64,000 nucleotides of DNA from Rhynchopus sp. YZ270_cl-10. Taxonomy: Eukaryota. This document shows, piece by piece, positions 36,420 through 48,509 of the stretch (its first letter is position 1; each line of letters begins with the position of its first letter). The DNA lies in assembly GCA_964035575.1 (NCBI GenBank), contig OZ037844.1:1426001-1490000 (forward strand). The letters are read 5' to 3'. Below the pieces are notes generated by a model that was not told the DNA's origin, did not search any database, and saw nothing but the letters and a program-made list of their open reading frames with translations. The translations under genes and the position numbers were made by a program.

Positions 36420-37920
36420 AAACCGAGCTCAAGAGTTTTTAAACTTCCCTGAGGGAATGCGAGACGCAAAATTTACCACCAGACCCTGTCTTCGTGCACC
36501 TTCGGTGCAACGCTGCAGACAGGCCAAACTGCGTTGGACTCAGAGGAATGCCTGCTGTGCAGTGTATCAATGAGAACCAAGTCCCAGCAACAAGGGGCGC
36601 CTTTTGGCGGGCGTTGTTGAGGGTGTTTGGGGTGCAAAGTTTTCCACAATTTTGATGCGCGGGTACAGAAGTGTTGTCTTGTTCTTTCATCTTTAGGAAT
36701 GTAAATGTCAATCGCGTTTAACTACCACTAGGGCTTGTTCAGTGAACCCACGAGGGGTCGAAGGGGGTTGGTTATCCCATAGCTATCAAAGGTTGTGTCG
36801 ACCAGGCTAATCCACTATGTTACGCTGTACGTTGTTAAATCCGAAGAAATAACACTTTAGCAGCCGCAGGAAGTTTGTTAAAAAGAGTGCCTCACGCTAC
36901 ACAAACCACCACCCGCGATTGACTTAGATGTTATAACAAAGAGAATTCAGAACAAAACAACACCCTGCCCCATACACACTAAATTGTCATGCTTATGCCT
37001 GGGCCAAAATTACTGTTGACCAAAAAGGCAACAAGACCACCCACAAGGAGTGTGAATTGTGCACTGGTTTTCTGGGGGAACGCAATATTTTCTTGTGTCT
37101 AGTCCTCCGCAAGCAGAGGACAGACTTTCCGGAAGGTTTCCAAAGTCGAATTTCTTGCACTAGCTATGCTCCCTTGGTTAATGGCTATAGCAGTGACTGA
37201 CTAAGTGTACCCACCCCCCTCCACCCAGATCTTCGTCCGCAAACTCAGAATAGATTGATGCGGGTAGATTTTGAGTTGTTGAATGTCGGACCGCGGTGAA
37301 GCTTCTCATCGCAATCGCGGGTGCAGTTCAGACTTCACGATCCTGTATAAGTGTAAATGTGGGGTGTGATTAAGTTATGGTATACAAACGTAGTAGTCGG
37401 GAAAGGTGAGGTTAATAAAAAAGGCTATTTATTGCCGTGAAATAAGATAGATTTTTTCCACGCTACAGGTCGAGAGAGTGACCTGCTGCACAAATGGTTC
37501 GAGTGAAGCGAGGTGAATTATGTGAAGCAGGTAACGAGCGCCTGTGGAACCAAATAGAAACGTAACACTCATCACACGATAAAACCCATGGGAGAGGTTG
37601 TGGTGAAACGCACACACCTCGACCTGAGGAGTGGCTCTGCAGCGCGGTTCGTCCCCAGAACCGCAAGTGTGTTCAAAATGCTTTGTTTCTATTTCCTCCT
37701 TCATGTCATGAGGTGACACAAAATGATTGGTGCGTAAAAAAATAGCTATTTAATAGTGTGAACATTACGCGTTTATTTCGAGTTGAAAACACGAACAAGT
37801 TGAAATATGCGGCATTTTTTTGTTCAATCTTCACTAGTAACTGAAAGTTAAACATAATTACATACCTTGTCTTCCCCGTAACCTGCGCCTTCGCTGCTTT
37901 TAAGGTGCTTTCTCTGGGTG

Positions 37921-38198
37921 CCCAGTACCCAGTACCCAGTACCCAGTACCCAGTACCCAGTACCCAGTACCCAGTACCCAGTACCCAGTACCCAGTACCC
38001 AGTACCCAGTACCCAGTACCCAGTACCCAGTACCCAGTACCCAGTACCCAGTACCCAGTACCCAGTACCCAGTACCCAGTACCCAGTACCCAGTACCCAG
38101 TACCCAGTACCCAGTACCCAGTACCCAGTACCCAGTACCCAGTACCCAGTACCCAGTACCCAGTACCCAGTACCCAGTACCCAGTACCCAGTACCCAG
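37921..38198. repeat. (CCCAGTA)n microsatellite, ~40 copies
   Basis: Perfect 7-bp tandem repeat. The adjacent 38310-38440 recurs inverted at ~55220-55375. Confidence 0.97.
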
Positions 38199-39359
38199 TG
38201 TCTTCGAGAACCTAAAAATGCGTTTTGTTGAAATTTTCTGGCTTTTTCTGAACTTTTCCCAGCTACTTTTCTGGTCGTAGCCGACTTTTCTGATCGAGTA
38301 GCTATTTTCACTTTTCTGGTGTATGAGTAGGTTTTCTGGGTGGGAGACTGGATTCTGGGTACAGTGGTGTGTCTGGGCACCCAGGCACCTGGGTACTGGT
38401 GTATTTTCGGCCCAGGTACCCCGGTACACGGTACACTGGTGTACAAGGAAAAAAGTCGTGAAAAAAGCAACCACAGCTCCACATGACAAACACAAAAGTG
38501 TCCAGTCACGTGGGGCATTCATGCACTGAGGAGATAATGATCCAACAATTTACAAGAAAGATTACTTAACCTACTGCTGGAAATTGCCAGGTCGTAGTAA
38601 CACACAAAGTGCGCCTCCGTTCGGGAATACCGGATATTCTAGAGACCAAAAAGGCCTCAAGAATATCTTCCGCTGGTCAAGGTAGAACCGAGTGAACGGC
38701 CCAAGACCCCCGTGGAGAAGTTAAATGTTGTAATGCTATCAAGTACAAACTGCGACCACTGTCTTACCCTCCTCAATGCATGGTGGAAGATGTCTTTCAC
38801 AACAAATATCCTGTACACAGGTACACAGATACACAGGTACACAGGTAAAACCCGTTAAAATTGTGTGTGAAAGTTAAAAATAGCTATATTTGCATTTTTC
38901 GCCCAGCATTGAGGACACATAGGCCCACCAAGGGCAATTTTGTGATGTCAAAAAAAATTTTTTTTCGGCCCAAAAATTGACTTGTTTTCGGTAAAACCCA
39001 CTAAAAATTGTGGTACTCTAAACTGCGTTTTAGACCCCCACAGATGCTCAAAAGTGCCAAATTTTGCTTTTAATGGCCTCAAATCGTCCAAATTAGCCCT
39101 AAACGGGGGCAAAAAAAAATTTTCGAGAGTCCCTTTCCCTGGGAGGCTCCGTAATTACGTACCCTAGGGTCCGTAATTACGTACCCTAGGGTACGTAATG
39201 ACACTCCGTAAAGAGGGAGTGTCCTAACATGCCGTTTTACGGACCCTCGGGGTGTGCGGACCCCGCCGTGTAGACTTGTGTATAAAATTTCGTACCAAAA
39301 ACTCATTATTAAACTTCTGGTCATCTCCAAGGCAACTGCGGGTGAAAAACACCCTCAGA

Positions 39360-40293
39360 GTGGGTCACAGGGGGCCTGTGGGCCGAAAAACGACCCAGAA
39401 GCCACCCCAGAATACAAAAAATGGAAAAAAAAATAGTGAAAAAACGGCTTTTTTCACGTTTTGGCCATGTTGGGCAAAATAGCGATTTTTCAAGAAAAAA
39501 ACCAAAAAACGGCATATTTTTTGACATCACAAAACCTCCTTTGGCCTGTGAGTCCATTCCAACCTGTTTTGGACATATTTGACACTTTTGGAAGTGTTTT
39601 TTTGATGTTTTCACACTGAAAAACACCCCCAAAAGTGCTAGGGACACCCTAGGGACAGCACTGCCACCATTGCTCCGACCACATTCTCGGCCATATTTTT
39701 GCTTAAAACCCCCGAAAAAGGGCCCCCGGAACCCCAATCTTTCCAAATTTCCACCTCATCCCCACCCAAACACCGCAAAAACACGACAGAAAATTGTCTT
39801 AAAAAGCTATTATGGAACCTGCCTGACGACCTTTTTGAAAAAAGTGTGTTTTTTAAGACGATTTTCTATCGGGTTTTTGCGGTGTTTGGGTGGGGATGAG
39901 GTGGAAATTTGGAAAGATTGGGGTTCCGGGGGCCCTTTTTCGGGGGTTTTAAGCAAAAATATGGCCGAGAATGTGGTCGGAGCAATGGTGGCAGTGCTGT
40001 CCCTAGGGTGTCCCTAGCACTTTTGGGGGTGTTTTTCAGTGTGAAAACATCAAAAAAACACTTCCAAAAGTGTCAAATATGTCCAAAACAGGTTGGAATG
40101 GACTCACAGGCCAAAGGAGGTTTTGTGATGTCAAAAAATATGCCGTTTTTTGGTTTTTTTCTTGAAAAATCGCTATTTTGCCCAACATGGCCAAAACGTG
40201 AAAAAAGCCGTTTTTTCACTATTTTTTTTCCATTTTTTGTATTCTGGGGTGGCTTCTGGGTCGTTTTTCGGCCCACAGGCCCCCTGTGACCCA
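39360..40293. mobile_element. Foldback (palindromic) element 2, ~440-bp near-perfect arms, right end truncated
   Basis: GTGGGTCACAGGGGGCCTGTGGG... / ...CCCACAGGCCCCCTGTGACCCAC. The spacer contains TTATGGAACCTGCC, as in element 1. Confidence 0.88.
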
Positions 40294-41483
40294 CGGTCTT
40301 GGTGGAGGCTGCCAGGAACGGCGACACGACTGCCGTGCGGGTGGGACTTGAGAAGCTCATCCCAGACACAGACACAGACAGCAAAAGGGTTTCCTTCGAT
40401 ACTGTGCACGAGGCATGCAGAGGGAACCACGACGAATGCCTCGCACTGCTTCTTCCGTATGTTGAGACAACGCAGATGGGCTTCGGGATGCTGCTGAGTG
40501 AGTGCATCCACGCAGACCACACTGCGTGCACGGAGGTCCTCTTGCAGCATTGGAAGTCAGTCTGCAGCAACGTTGCGTTTGTCCCACACGGGCAGGAGGA
40601 CAAGAAAGACCGTCCCTGTCCAGCCATGTGGGAGGACCCTGCAGTGTGTCAGGTACTCATTGATGCAGGTGCAGACATCGAGACGAAGGACGACATGGGA
40701 CGTTCACCTCTGCACTGGTCTTGCCGTTCAGGATCACTTGCAGTTGCGAAAGTTTTTGTGGAAGCAGGTGCGGGAGTGCGTGGTACGTGCAACTTCGGAA
40801 ACACATGTCTTATTTTTGCGGCACATCATGGACACACCGAGACTGTGCGCTATCTTGTTGGATTGAAGGATGTGGATGTGAACCACAAGGATGAGGACGG
40901 CAGCACTGCGGTACTTTGTGCAGTTCTGCAAAATCATTCAGATGTGGTGCAGCTGCTCATTGATGGAAGGGCAGACATCGAGGTAAAGGACGACAATGGT
41001 CGTTCACCTCTGCTGTGTGCAAGCGTCGATGGGCATCTCGATATTGTGAAGATCTTGGTCAAAGCAGGTGCGGGAGTGCGTGTCACAGACAACGAAGGAG
41101 ATACATGTCTTATCCTTGCGGCAAGCTTTGGCCACACCGAGACTGTGCGTACTCTTCTGTGCATGCCTGAGGTGGACGTGAATCACCAAGGCATGAATAA
41201 CCACACTGCGTTGCACAGTGCTGTGGACGAAGGACACCCCGATGTGGTGCAGCTGCTCATTGATGCAGGGGCAGACATCGAGACGAAGGACACGGATGGA
41301 CTTTCTCCTCTGCGGTTGGGAAGCACTTTAGGGCATCTCGATGTTGTGAAGATGTTGGTCGAAGCAGGTGCGGGAACAGACAAAGAAAGAGAAATGTGTT
41401 GTGCGCTTGCGTCACAGGAAGGACATACGGAGACGATGCGCTATCTCGAGGGCTTACGTAAGGTATGTGAATCACGCAGGTGA
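40294..41483 (+). pseudogene. Ankyrin-repeat family copy 4, 5'-truncated (ATG, NLS and leader lost)
   Basis: The foldback arm joins directly onto GGTCTTGGTGGAGGCTGCC (about codon 23 of paralogs). The remainder of the frame is open. Confidence 0.8.
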
Positions 41484-41801
41484 GGACGTTACTGCATGGG
41501 ACCTAGGTTGACACGATGGGTAGCCAGGGTGACGAATATTCACAGGTAACGTGCAAAAAGACACACATATCCAGGGTGGGTCTTAGTCGTATCACGGTGA
41601 GGTTTTAAAGTACCGTTAACGGAACTATTCTGGGTTACTATTGAGAAGTATTCTGGGTAGGAACAAAACTGGATCACTTGGGTTTTTTCGGGGTGTCTAA
41701 GTTTTGTTCCGGCCCAGAATAGTTCTGGTTGTGGTAGAACCCTTTTTCGAAATTTCGGGAAAAACGCCCCAGAGTTAGGAATATGCCTGTCCTCGTCTTT
41801 T

Positions 41802-41915
41802 TACAGACAACGAAGGAGATACATGTCTTACCCATGCAACACATGAAGGACACACCGAAACTATGCGCTATCTTGCGGGCTTGAAGGAGGTGGACGGGCT
41901 TCACGCAGAGAACAG
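41802..41915 (+). pseudogene. Isolated ankyrin-module fragment
   Basis: Translates TDNEGDTCLTHATHEGHTETMRYLAGLKEVD, outside any full ORF. Confidence 0.7.
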
Positions 41916-42828
41916 CGCACTCACGCGCTTATTCTCTCTCCGCGAGAGCTTCACCGTCGCCGCACGCAGCTTCCTCTCCAAGACCGGAAGCATCTGCGAC
42001 AGAGTCGCTCTGTGGATACGACGCCCTCTTCAGTGCAGCACAATGGGGGTGAACTAAAGAAAGACCACCTACACGGGATCAGCTTCACGAGTGTTTTGGT
42101 AAGACTACGCCTCCCAGTTTGGCATGACAGACGATGGAGGACATGCCACGAATCCACGAAATAAACCTATGGGACTGAAAAATCATGAAGTGACAGAATT
42201 CACCTCTAACACAGATGGGTTGCGAGTCTTACTTGCAAAGTCCAGCGGCAAGCGAGTTGACAAAATTTCTTTTGATTGTGTCATTGTGTGACCAAAGACC
42301 CTTTTTTATACATACCTGAGGTACGACTCATCTTCTGCGAAGCCTCTTTTTGGGAGGCAGTTTACTGTAAGCAGCCATCATGATATTTTTTCCACAATCT
42401 TCTCAACAAGACACCCGAAAATGGATTTCAGCACATTTTCCGGGGGAGAAAATACATGACATGACTTAAAAACGTGTTACCTGCTGAAAAAATTTTTCAG
42501 GGGGTGCATTGTGCCCCCTTACCCTCTTGGAAAAAAAGAAACATTTCACCCTCCCCCCGTTTTTAACTTTCGCCTATACATTTCATTGAATCCCTCAAAT
42601 AACACCTCCCAGGAACGACACCAAGCACCCCCTATTATTACACAAACCCCCTCTACACACTCCCTTTTTATCTCGAAAAATGCACTCTGCTTTAGGATAT
42701 TGTGCTCAGTTCGTTTGATCCCCCCACCCTCCCTTTACGGAAGGAGTCGTACAGCATCAACCTAGGGTTACAAAACCCCGCAAAATACACATAAAAACCC
42801 CGTCTTATTACACTGCGATTAGCGCAGA

Positions 42829-43614
42829 ATGCCCCAAGAAGAACATACACAGCAACAGCCACATGCTTTAGCGCTGTCTACACTAGAGCCTGCACCACCT
42901 GCGCTACCACCGATTGGTGCTTCCTCGAGGAGAGCGCAAGGAGGTGAGCGTGCGTCGTCGCGACGGAGCTTGCAAGAGGGTGTGCAGCATACAACGCAGT
43001 TTCTGTGTCGCAAGCATGAGAGGCTGGCCCGCAGCATGCAGAGGAGGCATGTGTTTTCGAAGGAAGCGAATTTGGTGCGTGCGCAGGCGACACTGAATGT
43101 GGCGTTGGAAAGCTCGCTTGGCGATGTGGGAAGTGAGAGGCATACGTTGGCGTTGATCCGTATGGGGCACGCAGCAAGGCGGAATATCAGCTACATCACT
43201 ACACAGCAGGCGCGCGCCACAAAGCGCCGTCGCGAGGTGGACGGCCTCGTGCCCGCGAACCTGACCCTCGCGCAGCGTACCAGCTACCTCCTCGGCCAGC
43301 TGGAGCAGACTGTCTCGGCACAGAATGAAATCCTTTCGGAGCAGGACGCTCAGCTCACGCTGTCCCTCGCACGGCAGCGTGCGGCACTCAAAGAACGTCA
43401 GGACCGTGAAGAAGAGGTGCTTCGACAGAAGGAGCGCCGCAAGCTTGCGCGAGAACAACATCAGCTGCAACTACAACAGCAACAGCAACAACAGCAGCTG
43501 CAGCAGACACGTGACGTGCAAGACGTCCCTCCAGAAGACGACAAAGAGGCGTTCCACCCCACCCCGCCAAAAAGAAAAGCCTCCGGGAGCGAGCGTGGCT
43601 CCATAGTTGAGTGA
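42829..43614 (+). CDS. Hypothetical coiled-coil protein (261 aa)
   Basis: ATG ORF with GC-rich coding composition; Q/E/R-rich helical C-terminal half with a poly-Q stretch. Confidence 0.7.
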   Translation: MPQEEHTQQQPHALALSTLEPAPPALPPIGASSRRAQGGERASSRRSLQEGVQHTTQFLCRKHERLARSMQRRHVFSKEANLVRAQATLNVALESSLGDVGSERHTLALIRMGHAARRNISYITTQQARATKRRREVDGLVPANLTLAQRTSYLLGQLEQTVSAQNEILSEQDAQLTLSLARQRAALKERQDREEEVLRQKERRKLAREQHQLQLQQQQQQQQLQQTRDVQDVPPEDDKEAFHPTPPKRKASGSERGSIVE

Positions 43615-44221
43615 AAGAGAGAAGGATGCCAAGCGGTGAGGGGGGGGGAGATGCGGCTTCTGTTTAACAACAGAATGTGTGTTTCATTTTGGGGGAAGTG
43701 CGTGGCTGCAAGGAGCCCTGTTATGAAGGTACACACGGTGGCTCTGTTGGTACATAACGTGGCATGAGACGGAGGTCAAACGGGGTCAAACAAGAGGTGT
43801 CTTGACGACGTCAGTACGTCGTCAGGACACCTGGCAGGGCCACCGTGGCAACTACTATAAAGGGTCGTACCAAAAGGTGTGGAGCTCATCCTCGGGTGTG
43901 GATAATACAGCCAAGCAGGGTTGGAGCGTGGTGCTCTGACCCGGTTTCAACACCAGGGGGAAAAAAGTGGATTTCGGCGAAATACCCGGTTTGGAAAAGA
44001 AGAAAAAATAAAAAGTAAAATTGGGATTTTGAAAAATGAGATTTTGCGTTTTTTTTTTGGTAGGAGCTCACTTGTGGGTCTCAGCCCCGACAGTGGGTCA
44101 ATGTTTTTGAAGAATAGATCAGTTTGTTTGATTGATGATCGCGGTTGTTTGCCTGATTTGTGTTCCACCTCCCGCATAAAAAAGGAAAACCACAACACAC
44201 ATTAACGAGAAGTTCAAAACC

Positions 44222-46951
44222 ATGTCGAAGCGACACGCAGACAGCACACCTGACGAGAAGGCGCCAAAGAGAAGAAAGCTTTCAGACTCGGTCTTGGTGG
44301 AGGCTGCCAGGAACGGCGACACGACTGCCGTGCGGGTGGGACTTGAGAAGCTCAGCCCAGACACAGACAGCAAAACGGTTTCCTTCGATGCTGTGCACGA
44401 GGCATGCAGAGGGAACCACGATGAATGCCTCGCACTGCTTCTTCCGTATGTTGAGACAACGCAGATGGGCTTCGGGATGCTGCTGAGTGAGTGCATCCAC
44501 GCAGACCACACTGCGTGCACGGAGGTCCTCTTGCAGCATTGGAAGTCAGTCTGCAGCAACGTTGCGTTTGTCCCACACGGGCAGGAGGCAGACATCGAAA
44601 GCAAGACTCCTCGTCCCTGTCCAGCCATGTGGGCGGACCCTGCAGTGTGTCAGGTGCTCATTGATGCAGGGGCAGACATCGAGACAAAGGACGAGAAGGG
44701 ATGTGTACCTCTGCTCAGGGCGAGCATTTCAGGCAAGATCGCAGTTGTGAAGATGTTGGTGGAAGCAGGTGCGGGAGTGCGTGTCACAGACAACGAACGA
44801 GTAACGTGTCTTATCCTTGCGTCATTTTTTGGACACACCGAGACTGTGCGCTATCTTGTGGGCTTGAAGGATGTGGACGTGAATCATGCAGAGAACAACG
44901 GACTCACTGCGTTGCACTGCGCAGTGAAGGAAGGACTTCGTGCTGTGGTGGAGGTGCTCATTGATGCAGGGGCAGACATCGAGACAAAGGATACGCAAGG
45001 GTTTTCGCCTCTACACACTGCTAGCATTTTTGGAAAGCTGGGGACTGTGAATGTGTTGATTGAAGCAGGTGCGGACGTACGTGCGACAGACAACGAAGGA
45101 CAGACGTGTCTGATGCTTGCGTCGGGTGTTGGACACATTGATACCGTGCGGTACCTTGTAAGCTTGAAGGATGTCGAAGTGAATCATCATGAACACAACA
45201 GCGGCTTCACTGCGTTGCACTTCGCAGTGAAGGAAGGACATGGCGATGTGGTGCAGGTGCTGATTGATGCAGGGGCAGATGTGCAGACAAAACCTGTGAT
45301 GTTGGCAAGCAGTTCAGGCTATCTCGATATTGTGAAGATGTTGGTCGAAGCAGGTGCGGGAGTGCGTGTCACAGACAACGAAGGAGTAACGTGTCTTATC
45401 CTTGCGTCGGGCGCTGGACACACCGAGACTGTGCGCTATCTTGTGGGTTTGAAGGATATGGACGTGAACCATGTCTGGGACGTAGCAGGCCACACTGCAT
45501 TGGGCATTGCCGTTACGAAAGGATACCACGATGTGGTGGAGGTGCTAATTGATGCAGGTGCAGACATCGAGGCAAAGAGTAAAGATAGTGGTCGTTCACC
45601 TCTGCTGTTTGCCAGCAGTTTAGGGCATCTCGTTATTGTGAAGATCTTGGTCGAAGCGGGTGCGGGAGTGCGTGTCACAGTCGACGAAGGAGATACATGT
45701 CTTATCCTTGCTGCATATTTTGGACACACCGAGACTGTGCGCTATCTCGTGGGCTTGAAGGATGTGGATGTGAATCACCAAGGCATGAATAACCAAAGTG
45801 CGTTGCACAGTGCTGTGCAGGAAGGACATCCCGATGTGGTGAGGGTGCTCATTGATGCAGGGGCAAGTGTGAACACAAAGGACCGCAATGGAGCTCCACC
45901 TCTGCACTGTGCTTGCCGTTTGGGACATCTCGATATTGTGAAGATGTTGGTCGAAGCAGGTGCGGGAGTGTGTACCACTGACAGCAACGGACAGTCATGT
46001 CTCATGCCTGCGTCGGGTGCTGGACACACCGAGACTGTGCGTTACCTTGTGGGCTTGAAGGATGTCGAAGTGAATCATAAAAAGAACAACGGCGTCACTG
46101 CGTTGCATTGTGCAGTGCAGAAAGGACATGTCGATGTGGTGCAGGTGCTGATTGATGCAGGGGCAGACATCGATGCGAAGAACGAGGTTGGTCGTTCACC
46201 TCTGATGTTTGCAAGTATCAAAGGGCATCTCGATGTTGTGAAGGTGTTGGTCGAAGCAGGTGCGGGAGTGCGTGCCACAAACAACGATGGAGACACGTGT
46301 CTTCTCATTGCTGCAAACTTTGGCCACACCGAGACTGTGCGCTATCTTGTGGGCTTGAAGGATGTGGACGTGAATCACCAAGGCACGTATAACCACACTG
46401 CGTTGCACAGTGCTGTGGACGAAGGACATCCCGATGTGGTGCAGGTGCTCATTGATGCAGGGGCAAGCGTGAAGACAAAGGACCAGGATGGAAGATCGCC
46501 TCTGCACTGTGCTTCCCGTTTGGGACATCTCGATATTGTGAAGATGTTGATAGACGCAGGTGCGGAAGTGTGTGCCACAGACAACAAAGTGCAGACGTGT
46601 CTTATCCTTGCGGCATATCATGGACACACCGATACTGTGCGCTATCTTGTGGGCTTGAAGGATGTGGACGTGAATCACGCAGAGAACAACGGCCTCACTG
46701 CGTTAGACTATGCTGTGAGGAGCAACCATCCCGATGTGGTGCAGCTGCTCATTCATGCAGGGGCAGACATCGAAGCAAAGGACACAGATGGGCTTTCTCC
46801 TCTGCTGTTGGCAAGCACTTTAGGGCATCTCGATATTGTGAAGATGTTGGTCGAAGCAGGTGCGGGAACAGACAAAGAAAGAGAAACGTGTTGTATGCTT
46901 GCGTCACATGTAGGACACACGGAGACGATGCGCTATCTTGAGGCCACCTAA
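44222..46951 (+). CDS. Ankyrin-repeat protein, family copy 5 (909 aa)
   Basis: Intact ORF with conserved N-terminus. Its 3' flank matches that of copy 3. Confidence 0.92.
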   Translation: MSKRHADSTPDEKAPKRRKLSDSVLVEAARNGDTTAVRVGLEKLSPDTDSKTVSFDAVHEACRGNHDECLALLLPYVETTQMGFGMLLSECIHADHTACTEVLLQHWKSVCSNVAFVPHGQEADIESKTPRPCPAMWADPAVCQVLIDAGADIETKDEKGCVPLLRASISGKIAVVKMLVEAGAGVRVTDNERVTCLILASFFGHTETVRYLVGLKDVDVNHAENNGLTALHCAVKEGLRAVVEVLIDAGADIETKDTQGFSPLHTASIFGKLGTVNVLIEAGADVRATDNEGQTCLMLASGVGHIDTVRYLVSLKDVEVNHHEHNSGFTALHFAVKEGHGDVVQVLIDAGADVQTKPVMLASSSGYLDIVKMLVEAGAGVRVTDNEGVTCLILASGAGHTETVRYLVGLKDMDVNHVWDVAGHTALGIAVTKGYHDVVEVLIDAGADIEAKSKDSGRSPLLFASSLGHLVIVKILVEAGAGVRVTVDEGDTCLILAAYFGHTETVRYLVGLKDVDVNHQGMNNQSALHSAVQEGHPDVVRVLIDAGASVNTKDRNGAPPLHCACRLGHLDIVKMLVEAGAGVCTTDSNGQSCLMPASGAGHTETVRYLVGLKDVEVNHKKNNGVTALHCAVQKGHVDVVQVLIDAGADIDAKNEVGRSPLMFASIKGHLDVVKVLVEAGAGVRATNNDGDTCLLIAANFGHTETVRYLVGLKDVDVNHQGTYNHTALHSAVDEGHPDVVQVLIDAGASVKTKDQDGRSPLHCASRLGHLDIVKMLIDAGAEVCATDNKVQTCLILAAYHGHTDTVRYLVGLKDVDVNHAENNGLTALDYAVRSNHPDVVQLLIHAGADIEAKDTDGLSPLLLASTLGHLDIVKMLVEAGAGTDKERETCCMLASHVGHTETMRYLEAT

Positions 46952-47904
46952 GTGATGTGAATCACGCAGGTGAGGACGTTACTGCATGGGACCTTGCATC
47001 GATGCAGCAACATAAGATGTGGTGCAGGTTGACACGATGGGGAGGCAGCTGCCTGAGCATTGTCGTCCTTGTACTGGGCAGTGCCTTCTCTTCGGAGGAG
47101 TGTTTCTTTTGTACGAGTGTGCAGTGCGTCTGGTTGTGGAATACGTTCTTCGGATGTCGTGACTCTTTCTTTCCTTCCCTTTTGTTCTTCACTGAGGGTT
47201 TTCAGGGTCTTTTGGGGTTTGTGGGGTAGGCAGACATACTTTTTTTTTCTTTACTTTATTTGCTTTTCAAAACAAAACAACAAATACAGGAAACTGTCCC
47301 AAGAATTACTGGTTATATTGTGGACAATATCAACAAACAAAAAGAGAGCATTGCTGTTTCCCCAAAGAAATATGGAAAATAAAGAAGAAGGCAATTTGAT
47401 AAAACAAAAGTCTAAGCACCCCACCCCCACCCCCACCCCCACCCCTCCCATCCCTCCCAACCCGCGTTTATGTTTCTCTCAATATTTTAAACCCTTGCTC
47501 CTACTTATGAGTTTGCTGGCGCAGGGTTTTGTCGAGGTGGTCTAGGAGCAGGCAGCTCGAAACCACGGAAACGAAAGTCAGCCCAGAATCTGTATTTATA
47601 TGGAATGCTACATTTAATACCAGGAGAGGTAAAATATACTGGCTGTATCCTTCTTCTTTTTTTTGTACTCTCAGCCCATATAATCCGTACCAACGAGGAT
47701 AATGCTATTTTTAAGAGGTAAAATTTACTGGCTATAACCTCACGGACTTTTATTACTTGGTGCATGAAACTTTCTGTTCCAAAAAAAAAAAAAGAAAAAA
47801 AATGAGTCACGTCACTATCAGAAACAAGGTAACGTACATGTGTTTAGCATAGTGGAGTTCATCCTCGGGTGGCGACACTAATACAACCAAGTTTTCAGAA
47901 ACAA

Positions 47905-48509
47905 TGGTGTGGCTGAAACCAGCAAATTTCACTGCTAAAGAACTGCTAACAAACTGCTAAATAATACCCTTTTTTTAGGGGTGGTGTATAAAAACATTTT
48001 TTTACCTTGGTTTTTCCACTCCCCCTGTTGGCGCGCCTCCACTCTTGCATACCCATGTGTGACCCCACCGTTGAACGCAATCGACTCGCTGAGTCAAAAG
48101 AACGCACAGAACGGGGCTGGAAAAAATCACGAAAAACGCGTACCGTGCGCCTGCGGCGCCCACAAAGTGAGTTTCCCCCCTGAGTATACTGTGTATACTG
48201 TGTATACTGTGTATACTGTGTATACTGTGTATACTGTGTATACTGTGTATACTGTGTATACTGTGTATACTGCGGAAATTGACCAAAAACGAGAACTTGT
48301 CCATTTCGGCGAATTGACCCCACCACTGGCCGGACGGATTCCGGAAATGCAAATGCCGGCGTTAAAAAGCTCACCAACGAAAAAAAATTTTTTTTTTCCA
48401 ACACCCGTGGGGAAAAAATTTTTTATACACCACCCCCCCAAAAATGCATGCTAACAAAGTGCTAACAAACTGCTAAATAATACCCTTTTTTTTGGGTTCA
48501 GCCACACCA
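47905..48509. mobile_element. ~600-bp TIR element containing (TATACTGTG)n, ~10 copies at 48184-48272
   Basis: TGGTGTGGCTGAA ... TTCAGCCACACCA with AACAA on both sides (possible 5-bp TSD). Internal direct repeat TGCTAACAAACTGCTAAATAATACCC. Confidence 0.7.

Larger units (their letters stand above)
35809..39270. mobile_element. 3.46-kb TIR element with TA TSD and nested insertions, no intact transposase
   Basis: TA-CACGGCGGGGTCC..ACACCC..GAGGGTCCGTAAA ... TTTACGGACCCTC..GGTGTGCGGACCCCGCCGTG-TA. Subterminal GGTCCGTAATTACG(G/T)ACCCTAG repeats at both ends. Confidence 0.85.

Noticed and set aside
37921..38198. Telomeric repeat
   Set aside because: The unit TACTGGG is not TTAGGG-type, and the array is internal to a TIR element.
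34769..38522. ORFs with CTCVPVYL, GTGYWVL or PSTQYPV repeats
   Set aside because: They are translations of stop-free microsatellites.
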